Shown here: positions 1-10,325 of the stretch, piece by piece
How the letters are laid out: every line of letters begins with the position of its first letter
How positions within the stretch are numbered: the first letter of the stretch is position 1
Assembly: GCA_963666345.1 (NCBI GenBank)
Contig: OY762721.1
Span: forward strand, 1,504,001-1,568,000
DNA: 64,000 nt
Direction of reading: 5' to 3'
From: Desulfatiglandales bacterium
Lineage (GTDB): Bacteria; Desulfobacterota; DSM-4660; Desulfatiglandales; Desulfatiglandaceae
Position numbers and translations under genes: made by a program
The notes under the pieces: model-generated
Database searches by the model: none
What the model saw: only the letters and a program-made list of their open reading frames with translations
What the model was told of the DNA's origin: nothing

Positions 1-1
1 C

Positions 2-616
2 CTTCTTATACACCACAGGTTTTACGGCCGCAGCGCCCTGCGCGCCTGCGTGCTCGTCCCCTGGGCCATCCCCACGGTGGTTGCGGCCCAGATGTGGCGT
101 TTTTTATTCAACGATACCTACGGAATGATAAACTACTTTATCTTCGGGGCGGACAGCGCAAGCTATATCCCCTGGCTCGCCCAGCCCGGCACGGCCCTGT
201 TTGCCATCATCTTCGCCGACATATGGAAGACATCTTCCTTTGCCGCGCTTCTCATACTGGCAGGGCTCCAGGTAATACCGCAGGAGCTTTACCAGGCGGC
301 AGAGGTCGACGGCGCAGGTGTCATGAGCCGCTTCCGGCATATAACCTGGCCCCTTATCCGGCCGGCCCTTCTGGTGGCCCTCCTTTTCAGGACCATAGAC
401 GCCTTCAGGGTATTTGATCTTGCATTCGTCATGACTCATGGGGGACCTGCGGATGCCACGAATGTGCTGCAGCTCTACGGATATAAGAAGATGTTTGTGG
501 AAGGAATGATGGGTTACGGATCGGCTGTTTCGGTATCCATCTTTGTCATAGTGCTTATTCTGGCGGTACTCTATGTCAGGATGGTGGGCAGGCGTATGCT
601 GGAGGCACGGGCATGA
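2..616 (+). CDS. Carbohydrate ABC transporter permease (MalF-like), 5'-truncated by window edge
   Basis: Frame open from nt 2; EAA-type loop LYQAAEVDGA; DLAFVMTHGGP; multiple TM segments. Confidence 0.9.
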   Translation, partial: LLIHHRFYGRSALRACVLVPWAIPTVVAAQMWRFLFNDTYGMINYFIFGADSASYIPWLAQPGTALFAIIFADIWKTSSFAALLILAGLQVIPQELYQAAEVDGAGVMSRFRHITWPLIRPALLVALLFRTIDAFRVFDLAFVMTHGGPADATNVLQLYGYKKMFVEGMMGYGSAVSVSIFVIVLILAVLYVRMVGRRMLEARA

Positions 617-1440
617 ACAGCAAACCTGCACGCATGATGATCCTTTTGCCGGCCATATTCATGGCATCGGCCTTTTCACTGATCCCCTTTCTGCTCTTCG
701 TCTCATGCGCATTCAAAAACCCCTCGGATGTAGCGGCTGTTCCCCCCGAGTGGTTTCCCTCTTTTTACCTCGGCTCCTTTCACTCCGCCGTCACCCGTTA
801 CGATATCTTTCATTATCTGGCAAACTCCTTTATCGTATCGGGCGCTACCACTCTGATAACCATATCCTTAGGGTGCCTGGCGGGCTACTGCCTTGCCAGG
901 ATACCCCGCAGGCCGGGGCAGGTCATACTGATGGTTATACTTGCCTGTGCAATGTTTCCCCAGATCGCGATAGCAGGTCCCATCTGGAGTTTTCTCAGGT
1001 CTGCCGGATGGCTCAACACCTATCAGGGCCTTATAATACCCTATGTGGCGCTCACCCTGCCCCTTGCCGTATGGATACTCGCCCTTTTCTTCAAACAGCT
1101 TCCTGAAGAACTGGAAGACGCGGCCCTTGTGGACGGATGCACCAGAGCGGGAGCATTCGTAAGGGTGGTACTTCCCCTTTCCGCGCCTGGTCTTTTCACC
1201 GCGGCCATACTCACATTCATCTATGCCTGGAATGAATTTTTTCTGGCCCTTCTCATAATGACCGATCCTGCCGGACAGACGATGCCTGTAGGTATCGCCC
1301 TGTTTCAGGGGGAATTCACAGTGCCCTGGGGAGAGATAGCGGCCGCCTCGCTCATTACGACGGCCCCGCTGGTAGTCCTTGTGCTTCTGTTTCAAAGGCG
1401 CATCGTATCAGGGCTTTCAGCAGGTGCAGTCAAGGGATAG
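613..1440 (+). CDS. Carbohydrate ABC transporter permease (MalG-like)
   Basis: LPEELEDAALVDG EAA motif, FIYAWNEF; ATGA overlap with upstream permease. Confidence 0.92.
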   Translation: MNSKPARMMILLPAIFMASAFSLIPFLLFVSCAFKNPSDVAAVPPEWFPSFYLGSFHSAVTRYDIFHYLANSFIVSGATTLITISLGCLAGYCLARIPRRPGQVILMVILACAMFPQIAIAGPIWSFLRSAGWLNTYQGLIIPYVALTLPLAVWILALFFKQLPEELEDAALVDGCTRAGAFVRVVLPLSAPGLFTAAILTFIYAWNEFFLALLIMTDPAGQTMPVGIALFQGEFTVPWGEIAAASLITTAPLVVLVLLFQRRIVSGLSAGAVKG

Positions 1441-1449
1441 GAACCGCCG

Positions 1450-1797
1450 TTACCAGAGACGGAGATACTTTCTCCCCTCCCGCAACTCACCCCTCACCTT
1501 TTCCATATGCCTGAGCGAGGCGATCTCTCTTTCCAGATCAGCCGCCTTGACATTGAGCCTTTCCGCCAGTCGGGCAGGTTCTATCGCACCCTCTTCCTTC
1601 AGTATCTTCAGTATCTCCGTCTGTCTTTCATTCACATCAGGGGGGCCCTTCATGGTCTTTGCGCTGTGCACGGCCCAGGGATCGCAGGTCCTGGCAGGTG
1701 AAAGCGTGTCCATGTAGCAGTCCTCGCAAAGGACCCTGCCGTAAAGGCTTCTCTCTTCCCCTTCCGCTATCGGTTCATTGCATTTGTCGCATCTCAT
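1450..1797 (-). CDS. Small protein with N-terminal Cys Zn-finger and C-terminal winged HTH
   Basis: CDKC...LCEDC, then ERQTEILKIL...LAERLNV...LEREIASL. Confidence 0.7.
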   Translation of the reverse strand: MRCDKCNEPIAEGEERSLYGRVLCEDCYMDTLSPARTCDPWAVHSAKTMKGPPDVNERQTEILKILKEEGAIEPARLAERLNVKAADLEREIASLRHMEKVRGELREGRKYLRLW

Positions 1798-1877
1798 CCG
1801 GCATCTCCCGTAAGGTTAATCCAGGCATTTCGAACCGGAGCATCATCCGGCACACCTGCCTGAAAAATCCCTGTCTT

Positions 1878-2642
1878 CTATAGATTCACCTCAAGCCCCT
1901 TCTCCCTGAGATACTCCTTTACCTGTCTGATACTCAGTAATCGATAGTGAAACACGGAGGCCGCAAGCAGTATACGGGCACCTCCCTTTACCGCGCCCTC
2001 ATAAAAATGCTCCAGGGTCCCGGCTCCGCCTGAGGCTATCACAGGAAGGGAAACCGCATCTGAGACCGCCCTGGTGAATTCCAGATCATACCCCTTCTGC
2101 GTGCCGTCTCCATCCATACTGGTGGGAAGGATAGCGCCCGCTCCCAGTTCCCGGCATTTGGCGGCCCAGATCACGGCGTCTTTTCCAACCGGCTTTGTCC
2201 CTCCAGATACCACCAGCTCAAATCCCGAAGGCATATCGCTGTTTCTTCTGGCATCCACCGCAACCGTGACCTTCTCCATACCGAACTTCTCTTTTGCCCT
2301 GCTTACAAGGTCCGGATCTTTTACAACCGCGCTGTTCATGGACACCTTGTCCGCACCGGCATCCAGGACCATCTCGATATCGGCAAGGCTTGATATGCCT
2401 CCCCCCACGGTCAGGGGGATATCAATAACGGATGAGACCTTTTTGACCCATTCAAGTCTTGTCTTCCTGTTTTCCAGCGTAGCGGCTATATCTAGCATGG
2501 CCAGCTGGTCCGCGCCTTCTTTCTCATAAAACAGGGCGTTTTCAACAGGGTCGCCCGCATCCTTCAGACCAACAAAATGGATACCTTTGACAACACGGCC
2601 CTCTTTCATGTCCAAACAGGGCATTATCTCTATCGACTTCAT
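1878..2642 (-). CDS. hisF: Imidazole glycerol phosphate synthase cyclase subunit
   Basis: MPCLD..GRVVKG, PLTVGGGI, TSMDGDGT..GYD, PVIASGGAG, LAASVFH; start moved to ATG 2642 after GAGAGGAG RBS. Confidence 0.93.
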   Translation of the reverse strand: MKSIEIMPCLDMKEGRVVKGIHFVGLKDAGDPVENALFYEKEGADQLAMLDIAATLENRKTRLEWVKKVSSVIDIPLTVGGGISSLADIEMVLDAGADKVSMNSAVVKDPDLVSRAKEKFGMEKVTVAVDARRNSDMPSGFELVVSGGTKPVGKDAVIWAAKCRELGAGAILPTSMDGDGTQKGYDLEFTRAVSDAVSLPVIASGGAGTLEHFYEGAVKGGARILLAASVFHYRLLSIRQVKEYLREKGLEVNL

Positions 2643-2750
2643 GATTTCTCCTCTCTTACAGCCCGGTTTCATCAGGAAACGGATTCCTTGTCCATCTTCC
2701 CTTTTATGATTAGAATTATCAAGGCAGCGCGAAAGGTCCTGCAGATCCAT

Positions 2751-3131
2751 TCAGATCGAGGGCCGTTCGCCGTCAATATCTTCATATGCATTTTCGGAAA
2801 ATCGGGGGGTGCATATGGCAAGAAAAACCAGGTCATCTGTACCAGTATTGGTGATTCTTTGAGGGCACATGGGAGGAATGAGTACGACATCGTCCGCGCC
2901 TATTTCCCGCGAAAGCGAGCCGACTTCGACACGGCCTTTTCCCTCCAGGATGATATAGCGCTCAAAGGTACGCCCCAGCCGGTGCATCCTGGTAGTAATG
3001 CCGGGCCTTACGCGTGCCCTTGCGATAGATAATACAGGATCATCTTCGGAATTTGATAATTCGATTATGTAACAGCCTTCACGAGTATAATACTCATCCG
3101 AAGGGTCAATGTGTTTTACGGTCTCTTTCAA
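2751..3131 (-). CDS. Cupin domain protein
   Basis: HRL..TFERYIILEGKG.VEVG, VLIPP..PQRITNTG. Confidence 0.85.
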   Translation of the reverse strand: MKETVKHIDPSDEYYTREGCYIIELSNSEDDPVLSIARARVRPGITTRMHRLGRTFERYIILEGKGRVEVGSLSREIGADDVVLIPPMCPQRITNTGTDDLVFLAICTPRFSENAYEDIDGERPSI

Positions 3132-3296
3132 CTGGAATCCTTGTGCCTTTTTTGCGCAGGACGCGCCGGCGCACTTTCATTTTTTTCAAACCTGACAGGT
3201 GTCTTGAAAATCCACGCATGACCTCACAGACAGGGTCACACGTCCCTGTCACTCAAATGCGCGCCGCATCAGGCCGTTTTTTTCAGATTACCTCTT

Positions 3297-3752
3297 TTAT
3301 TTGTATATATCAATAAACTGGATGTTTCTCACTTCGAGTCTCGTCTTGAGGATCTTTGCGATCCTCTTCATGAACAGGAGCCCCATCTCACAGTCCTGGG
3401 AAAACAGACATTCCAGCTCATCCGACTTCCAGGAATATGCCTTTGTCTCGGTATATGCCCTGGCCGAGGTCATGTATTTTCTCTCAGGGGTATCAATAAC
3501 GGCCGAGATTCCTATTGTCATTCCGGGGGTAATCGTATTTATGATAACATCATTACCGGAGTGTTTTCTGATCTCAAGCACCACGTTTCCCTCAACTATC
3601 GAATATATCCTGTCCGCATTATTCCCCTCCTGAAAGACATAGTTATTGGGCTTGTATTCCATGACAACGGCCAGGGGGGCTATCTTTTCAAGCATTGTAT
3701 CCTTCAGGTACTGAAAAAGGACTATCTTCTTAAGGTCTTCTGCGGTAATCAT
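3297..3752 (-). CDS. Stand-alone cyclic nucleotide-binding domain protein
   Basis: VFQEG..AD.IY.IVEG.V cNMP-binding pattern; GGAGG RBS. Confidence 0.85.
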   Translation of the reverse strand: MITAEDLKKIVLFQYLKDTMLEKIAPLAVVMEYKPNNYVFQEGNNADRIYSIVEGNVVLEIRKHSGNDVIINTITPGMTIGISAVIDTPERKYMTSARAYTETKAYSWKSDELECLFSQDCEMGLLFMKRIAKILKTRLEVRNIQFIDIYK

Positions 3753-4231
3753 AATCCCCTCCTTTGCTCATGTATGAAAGACGCCGGGTGAGCTGTCATC
3801 GTTGAAACATTCAACCGATGAAGCCCGCCTGAAACCTTACTGATTCATCCCTTTCCGTCAAACGCCACAGGGGCCTTTTCTATTATCGGGCAGGATCAAA
3901 AACAGAGGGGACTTGACTGATCGGAGGCTATCGAGATGGAAACAGTTGTTGAGCCGGCACAAGGGGATAAGCGGATTACGGCAGGCTGCTCTTTTTCCGT
4001 CCATTGCCATTGCGCTCAGCAGAACTCAAATAATCGCCGCCGGTGCCGTATCGGGTTAATAAGCAGGGAGCGATTCAGCAATAATGGAAATTATAGCATA
4101 TCGAGCTGTTTGCAGATACCTTTTTCATTTCATGGCCAGCATGACCAGACTTCAGAACAAAGGGCCTTCAGTAGCCCTGCTTAACAACAACTGATCGGGA
4201 GATGATCCAAATTTTTCAGAACCATCCCGCC

Positions 4232-4957
4232 TCAAAGGGGTTTACGCAGTACGGGTCCGTCTTCGAAACCGCGACATCCTGTCATGACAGCGTGTTTTTT
4301 GCTCAAAGGATATTGCCGGCAGATCGCAGGTTTCACATCATGAATCAGACATACCGAGCGATTTTCAGATGACACCTCTTTTAGAAAAGGGCAGACCTCA
4401 GCAAATTTCATGGTTCCGGGCACGGTCCATATACTGTAAACCTTTTCTCCATTATCCATTTCAAAGGCCCCTACCCATTTAAGAATATCTTCCCGCCCCA
4501 GACTCTTCCAGTATGAGATATCTTCCCTGGTAATATCTTTATGGTAATCAAGGCTCCTGCAGCACTCACCGCATTGTCTGCACGAAAAATCCTCCATCCC
4601 CGTTTCCACGCTTATTCCCTTGCGGCCGTCTTCAGGATCAACCTCGGTATAGGCCCTTGTGTGAAATACCATTGTGCAGAGAGCCGCCAGGATTTCACCA
4701 TCCGGTTCGGCATCGGAAACAACCCTGCATACGTATTCCAACATTTCGGGGCCGTTGAACCGGCGCATGTTTCTTTTGCCCGGAAGGCCCACCCATACGC
4801 ATCCTTGCCTTCCATCCCTTTTTGTAATTATTTTTCCACCGGAAACAAGGCGTATTACTTCGCAGAAAAGCATGATCTGCGGATCATACCGTCTGAAATC
4901 GTTGAGCACGGAATCAATCGCCTCCCGGCAGGTCAAAAAAACCGTTTCTCTTTTCAT
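4232..4957 (-). CDS. YkgJ-like CxxCxxCC cysteine-cluster protein
   Basis: FSCRQCGECC...CPFL...CLIHDVKPAICRQYP. Confidence 0.8.
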   Translation of the reverse strand: MKRETVFLTCREAIDSVLNDFRRYDPQIMLFCEVIRLVSGGKIITKRDGRQGCVWVGLPGKRNMRRFNGPEMLEYVCRVVSDAEPDGEILAALCTMVFHTRAYTEVDPEDGRKGISVETGMEDFSCRQCGECCRSLDYHKDITREDISYWKSLGREDILKWVGAFEMDNGEKVYSIWTVPGTMKFAEVCPFLKEVSSENRSVCLIHDVKPAICRQYPLSKKHAVMTGCRGFEDGPVLRKPL

Positions 4958-4998
4958 CTCCGGCCCTTTGCTTCGCCTTTGCCCTTATGTGCCTATTA

Positions 4999-5463
4999 TC
5001 ATCCAACTATATAGGTGCCTGTTCCCACGGCGATAAGGAGATCTTCCCGGTTTCTCAGCTCCATTCGTGTGACCGCCACCTTCCTTCCGGTCCTCATGAC
5101 GGAGCCGGAGGAAATAAAACCTGTCCCTTTCCCGGGCCTCAGGTAATCCACCCTCAGATCGATCGTTCCGAACCTGGCAATGCGCTCACCCAGCTCATCG
5201 AGCGAAACCCCCTTCATCCTCGTCATGGCCGATGCGGCGGCCGTCATGCCTCCCGTGGCATCAAGCACCGTGGAAATCACCCCGCCATGGAGTACCCCAT
5301 GCACAAAATTCCCGATCAGGGCATCTTTCATGGGAAAGTCAAACCCGGCCCCATCACTTTTAAGATATCGCACATTAAGACCCAGCAGCCTGTTAAAGGG
5401 GAGTTTCTCAAACACCTCCCGGACCTTACCAAGCCGTGCCTCCAGATCCATCTGCTCATTCAT
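4999..5463 (-). CDS. PaaI/hotdog-fold thioesterase
   Basis: GN...GVLHGGVISTVLD, TIDLRVDYLRP. Confidence 0.9.
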   Translation of the reverse strand: MNEQMDLEARLGKVREVFEKLPFNRLLGLNVRYLKSDGAGFDFPMKDALIGNFVHGVLHGGVISTVLDATGGMTAAASAMTRMKGVSLDELGERIARFGTIDLRVDYLRPGKGTGFISSGSVMRTGRKVAVTRMELRNREDLLIAVGTGTYIVG

Positions 5464-5684
5464 GGGAACCTCCTTGCCTTTTTTTCGCCTTTTAGATGTC
5501 TGCCGTGATGGTATAAAAGAACGGATCTTATCCGGTATCGCAACTTCTCAGTCGCAGATGATCCGAAGATATTATATAATCAATCAAAAGCCCTGTTCCA
5601 GCATTATCTGTAAAACAGCTTATGTATGATCATCCGAATGGGACAACAGCCGGCCATAGAATAAAACCGTAAAAAGGAACTATT

Positions 5685-6173
5685 ATGAATAAGGAAGAGG
5701 CAGTCTACAGGATTCTGGATGAAATGGGCATGTCCTACATGGTTCACGAACACCCTCCGGTCTATACGGTCGAGGAGGCGAGGAGGCATGCGGCAGGCAT
5801 TGAAGGCGCCCACTGCAAGAACCTTTTTCTCAGGAACAGAAAAGGCGACCGGCATTATCTGCTCATCGCCGAATGTGACAGGCCGGTCAAGTTAAAGGAG
5901 CTCCGCCGGCATGTTAATGAAAAGCAGCTCAGCTTCGCATCCCCTGAAAGGCTCCTTGAACACCTGGGCCTGACGCCCGGAAGCGTTTCGCCGTTCGGCC
6001 TCATAAACAATGACAGAGCCGACGTGATCGTTCTTATAGACAGAGACCTGGTCCATTACGGCAGGGTCAATTTTCACCCCAATATAAATAACCTTACCAT
6101 TACGATTTCCTTTACAGATCTGTTAAGATTCATAGATGAATGCGGGAACAGCTACAGGCTTATTGAATTATGA
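5685..6173 (+). CDS. YbaK/ProX prolyl-tRNA editing domain protein
   Basis: EHPPVYTVEE, CKNLFL, LSFAS, GSVSPFGL, FHPN.N. Confidence 0.9.
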   Translation: MNKEEAVYRILDEMGMSYMVHEHPPVYTVEEARRHAAGIEGAHCKNLFLRNRKGDRHYLLIAECDRPVKLKELRRHVNEKQLSFASPERLLEHLGLTPGSVSPFGLINNDRADVIVLIDRDLVHYGRVNFHPNINNLTITISFTDLLRFIDECGNSYRLIEL

Positions 6174-6660
6174 TGCATCCGCAAAAAGTAAAATCTAAAG
6201 CAAAAGAGTAAAAACTCCTCCCGCATAGGCGGAACAGACCCGGCGCTTCCGCGGACCCGCGCCCGAGTCTGTCCAGGCAAAGTACCCCGTTAGTAAGGAA
6301 CCCGCACCGGTTTACCCACTGTTCTCCATTCCAGGTTTAAGGGTACCTGAGGTGAGCCGGAGCAAAGCGACTCAACAATTTTAGGCACTTCCAACTTTAG
6401 TCACTTTTTTTATTCCATGCACCTGGCCTATAGAATAAGAAAGCCGCATTTTCCAGCACGACTCAAAAAAGCGGCTTTTCTATAATGAAATAACCCGTAG
6501 CGTTTCGATCCTGGTTAAGACCTCAAGTCGCCTTCCTTTACAATGTGTAAAGGCGCTCGACACCTGAAAGCGCGTCAGGAGATGGGGGCTCCATTCATGT
6601 GTCAATGCTGATACATATATAAATATCCAATATTTAACCCACTTTCAAAATGCCCTCCCA

Positions 6661-6676
6661 AGGCACGGATCTTGCT
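6661..6676 (+). promoter_or_regulatory. Putative sigma54 (-24/-12) promoter of molybdoenzyme operon
   Basis: AGGCACGGATCTTGCT fits TGGCAC-N5-TTGC with one mismatch; upstream TGT-N10-ACA (6600-6615) and TTTACA-N3-TGTAAA (6537-6551). Confidence 0.55.
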
Positions 6677-6872
6677 TCTTTCTCCTCCCGAAAGAGATAA
6701 TTTTTACCGCCCAAATGCCGATTCAAACAAAAAAACGGCCGGTTCCCGCACTGACCTCAATCCGGTCTCGAGGTCTTTTGTTTTTGGTCGTTTTAAAGGA
6801 TTTTTTCTTTCAGGTAATCAATCTGTATTTTTTGTGTTCGACATATGGACTTCACAACAAGGAGAGGAACTA

Positions 6873-9353
6873 ATGCAAGGTAAAAACGAAAAAGGAATCA
6901 GCAGGAGAAAATTTCTTACGGCATCCGGAGCAGGCGCCGCGCTCCTGGCTGCCGCGCCCTGTCTTGACCTGATGGCACTCACACCCGCTCAAGCCGAAGC
7001 TTCTACCGGGCCGGAAGGGACATGGGTTCACGGCATGTGTTCTTTCTGCATGTTCGGATGCCCCATCAGGGCAAAGGTCGTAGACGGGAAAATCGAGAGA
7101 ATCGAAGGCGACAAGGACATGCCGATAATGGAAGGAAAGATCTGCGCAAAGGGCATATCCGCTGTCGACAGGCTTTACAGGCCCGACAGGTTGAAGCACC
7201 CGCTCAAAAGAATCGGGAAAAGAGGGGAAGGCAAATTCAAGAGGATCTCCTGGGAAGAGGCCTTGAGCGAAATAACAGCCCACATGAAAAAATACAGGGA
7301 TGAGGGGCACCCTGAATCGGTCGCATTTCTCTGGGGATGCCCCATGCAGACCCCCAGCATTGATTTCTTTGATTATTTCAGGCAGGTATACGGCACGCCC
7401 AACTTCAGCCATTTTCACGGGGACTCCTGCTACTCGTCTGGTGCAATCGCCAACATGATGACCGGGATACCTCCTTTTTCTTTTATGTGCGATTTTTCAG
7501 AGGCCAAATACACGGTCCATGTCGGCTACTGCCCCACGACAGGATCATGGACCCCTGGTGGAACCTGGACCATGCGCGACGTGTCAAAAGGGCTCGAAAA
7601 GGGGCTTGAGCTGGAGATAGTGGATCCCCGCATGGAGGAAGACGGGGCAATGTTCAACTGGACCCCTGTGAGACCGGACACGGACATAGCATTCGCACTC
7701 GGCCTGATTCATGTCCTTTTAAAGGAAGACCTTTATGACGCTGATTTCACGTCAAGATACACGAACGGCCCAGTTCTGATCAGAACCGACACGGGCCTGC
7801 CCGCTAAAGATGCAAAGGGCAACTACCTGGCATGGGATCTTGACACCGATAAGGCCGTTCCGCATAACACCAAGGGAATCACACCCGCCCTTTACGGCTC
7901 CTACTCGGCAGCTGGGGCTGCGTGCAAGACGGCTCTCCAGATGCTGCGTGAAAGGGTCGAGGAGTTCACCCCTGAAAATGTTTCGAAAATTTGCGAAATC
8001 CCTCAGGGAGCCGGAAAGATAAGGGAAATCGCCCGGAAACTGGGAAAGAACAAGCCCGCCTCAAGCGTTCAGATCAGCTCGGTTGCAGCGGCAAAACAGG
8101 CCAATGTCATCCAGAAGATAAGGACATTCGGCATTATAAACGCCCTTCTGGGCAATATGGACAAACCGGGAGGCATCTATTTCCTTCAGCCGCCCATCTC
8201 AGGCGGACCTTACTATATGAGCTTCGGCCAGCCCCTGGGCAAAAAACCGCCCAAGATCAAGGTCCCCAATGTGGACTTTGACCCGGTAAAATATCCGTTC
8301 GGGTCCATCGATCTTCCGGTGGCCTCCCGCTATTACTCGGCCGTGAGCGAAGGAAAGCCATATCCCGTAAAGATGCTCTTCATCACCTCGGTCAACATGT
8401 TCAATCACGCCTCCATACCGACCAGGAAGATGCTTGCCGATTCGGAATTTACCGTGGTATGCGAAAACTGGCCCACCATAACGGTTGACTGGGCCGATAT
8501 CGTGCTGCCGGATGCGACCTATCTTGAAAGGGAAACGGTTCGCCAGTCGACCTGGAGCACCTATCCCTTCATAGCCTCGAGAGGAATCGTAAAACCCCCT
8601 GAGGGTGTAAGGCCTCTTGCCGATGTATGCCTTGAAATAGGCAAAAGGCTCGGTCTTGGAGAATACTTCGATTTCACCATGCAGGAGTGGTACAACAAGC
8701 AGCTTGAGCAGTTCGGAATCAATATCGAGGATCTCAAGAAAAAAGGTCCCTATTACAAATTCGACAAGCAGTATGAAAAATTTCCTTACAAATCAAAGCC
8801 GTGGAAGGCGACAAGCCGGTCGGGAAAAATCGAGATCTATTCCGCCTGGCTTGGAGAGGATTTCTATTTCAATCCGAAATCACCCTATTTCAAGAATCCC
8901 GACGTAGACCCCCTGCCCCATGATTTCCGGACCATGCGCAGGGATCTTGCCGCAGACGAGTTCTACCTCGTTACAGGCAAAAGCGCCATAAACGCCCATT
9001 CAAGCTCTTCTGGAAACCGTTATCTGAATGAAGACTATATCAGTGACGGAATAGGCCTGCACAGGATATGGATCAGCGCTCAAAGGGCCAAGGCCCTGGG
9101 TATCAAAGACAGGGATATCATATGGATAGAATCCGGGGTAACAGGGGCGAAAAACAAGGTAATGGTCAAGGTCACGGAAGGGATACACCCGACAACCGCC
9201 TTTGCCTATCACCAGTTCAACTCGCACTCACGCGGTATTGAAAACGATGCCGGGCCTTTTGGATTTATGGACAATGACTTTCAGCCGCACAACGAGGAAC
9301 CCCTCAGCGGGGGCCTGGGTCGCTGCCAGATGATAGTAAAAATACACAAATAA
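6873..9353 (+). CDS. Tat-exported molybdopterin oxidoreductase catalytic subunit (PsrA/PhsA-like, DMSO reductase family)
   Basis: SRRKFL Tat motif, CSFCMFGC...C 4Fe-4S motif, DRLKHPLKR, ADIVLPDATYLER; start at 6873 after GGAGAGG. Confidence 0.88.
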   Translation: MQGKNEKGISRRKFLTASGAGAALLAAAPCLDLMALTPAQAEASTGPEGTWVHGMCSFCMFGCPIRAKVVDGKIERIEGDKDMPIMEGKICAKGISAVDRLYRPDRLKHPLKRIGKRGEGKFKRISWEEALSEITAHMKKYRDEGHPESVAFLWGCPMQTPSIDFFDYFRQVYGTPNFSHFHGDSCYSSGAIANMMTGIPPFSFMCDFSEAKYTVHVGYCPTTGSWTPGGTWTMRDVSKGLEKGLELEIVDPRMEEDGAMFNWTPVRPDTDIAFALGLIHVLLKEDLYDADFTSRYTNGPVLIRTDTGLPAKDAKGNYLAWDLDTDKAVPHNTKGITPALYGSYSAAGAACKTALQMLRERVEEFTPENVSKICEIPQGAGKIREIARKLGKNKPASSVQISSVAAAKQANVIQKIRTFGIINALLGNMDKPGGIYFLQPPISGGPYYMSFGQPLGKKPPKIKVPNVDFDPVKYPFGSIDLPVASRYYSAVSEGKPYPVKMLFITSVNMFNHASIPTRKMLADSEFTVVCENWPTITVDWADIVLPDATYLERETVRQSTWSTYPFIASRGIVKPPEGVRPLADVCLEIGKRLGLGEYFDFTMQEWYNKQLEQFGINIEDLKKKGPYYKFDKQYEKFPYKSKPWKATSRSGKIEIYSAWLGEDFYFNPKSPYFKNPDVDPLPHDFRTMRRDLAADEFYLVTGKSAINAHSSSSGNRYLNEDYISDGIGLHRIWISAQRAKALGIKDRDIIWIESGVTGAKNKVMVKVTEGIHPTTAFAYHQFNSHSRGIENDAGPFGFMDNDFQPHNEEPLSGGLGRCQMIVKIHK

Positions 9354-9364
9354 GGGGAGCTGAT

Positions 9365-10177
9365 ATGGCTGCATTAGCAATAGTGGTAGATCTTAACAAA
9401 TGTATAAGGTGCAGGGCCTGCATGGTTTCCTGTAAGATAGAAAACAAGATTCCACCCCTTCAAAAGGGCAGGGTCGAGCACTACAGGATCAGGCCTGTTG
9501 AATGGGAGGAAGGAAATTACCCCGATGTAAGGAGGATCTTTATCCCGGTCATGTGCATGAACTGCGAAAAACCTGAGTGTCTCGAGGCATGCCCTGAAGG
9601 CGCGATAAGCAAAAGGGCCGACGGAATCGTGGTAATAGACAAGAAGAAATGCGTTGCCTGCGGCAGCTGCGCCGAGGCATGCCCCTACGGTGTTCCGTTT
9701 ATTCTCGAAAAGGCGGACAAATGTGACTTCTGCGCCTCAAGCAGGCTAGACAAGGGAGAGGAAAAACCATACTGCGTCAAGTCATGCCCGGGCGAGGCAA
9801 TGATCTTCGGCGATCTCAAGGACCCGAAAAGCGAAGTGGCCGGGATGGTGGCTTCAGGCAAGGCAAAACCCCTTTGCCCGCAGTTCGGGACAAGGCCTCA
9901 TGTCTACTATATCCCCCCCAAATGGTATGAGGATAAGTGGGAATCACTGGCCGATAACAAGCTCTTTCAAAAGGCCCTTGCTGAGAGGCAGAAAGACATC
10001 GAGATAGCCTCATCAGGAAAATCTTTTGCCAAAATAGCTGCAAAAGCCGGCCTGTTAGGTTCTCCTGCGGGCGCTCTCATGATCGGCGCGCTGGGCGCCG
10101 GAGTGAGCCTCGACTACCTTGCTGAAAGAAAGCAGAAGGTGGCCAGGGCGGAACAAAAGGATTCAAAGCAGAAATAA
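9365..10177 (+). CDS. 4Fe-4S dicluster electron-transfer subunit with C-terminal hydrophobic tail
   Basis: CIRCRAC..C, CMNC..P.C...CP, CVACGSC...CP, KCDFC...PYCV.SCP. Confidence 0.9.
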   Translation: MAALAIVVDLNKCIRCRACMVSCKIENKIPPLQKGRVEHYRIRPVEWEEGNYPDVRRIFIPVMCMNCEKPECLEACPEGAISKRADGIVVIDKKKCVACGSCAEACPYGVPFILEKADKCDFCASSRLDKGEEKPYCVKSCPGEAMIFGDLKDPKSEVAGMVASGKAKPLCPQFGTRPHVYYIPPKWYEDKWESLADNKLFQKALAERQKDIEIASSGKSFAKIAAKAGLLGSPAGALMIGALGAGVSLDYLAERKQKVARAEQKDSKQK

Positions 10178-10183
10178 TTTTTC

Positions 10184-10221
10184 TGAAACCTGCCGGTTCT
10201 ATCCTGAACCGGCAGGTTTCA
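10184..10221. terminator. Perfect 16-bp stem-loop between Fe-S subunit and chaperone
   Basis: TGAAACCTGCCGGTTC-tatcct-GAACCGGCAGGTTTCA; no U-tract on +, so possibly an mRNA-stability hairpin. Confidence 0.55.
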
Positions 10222-10325
10222 TAGCGGCGCGGATCCGCAAAAAGGTGTTTCCGTGCGGGCACAAACCTGCCGGAATCAGGGCGCCTCGCGCGCCGTAAAA
10301 AAATTACCGCAGACAGGACACTGTT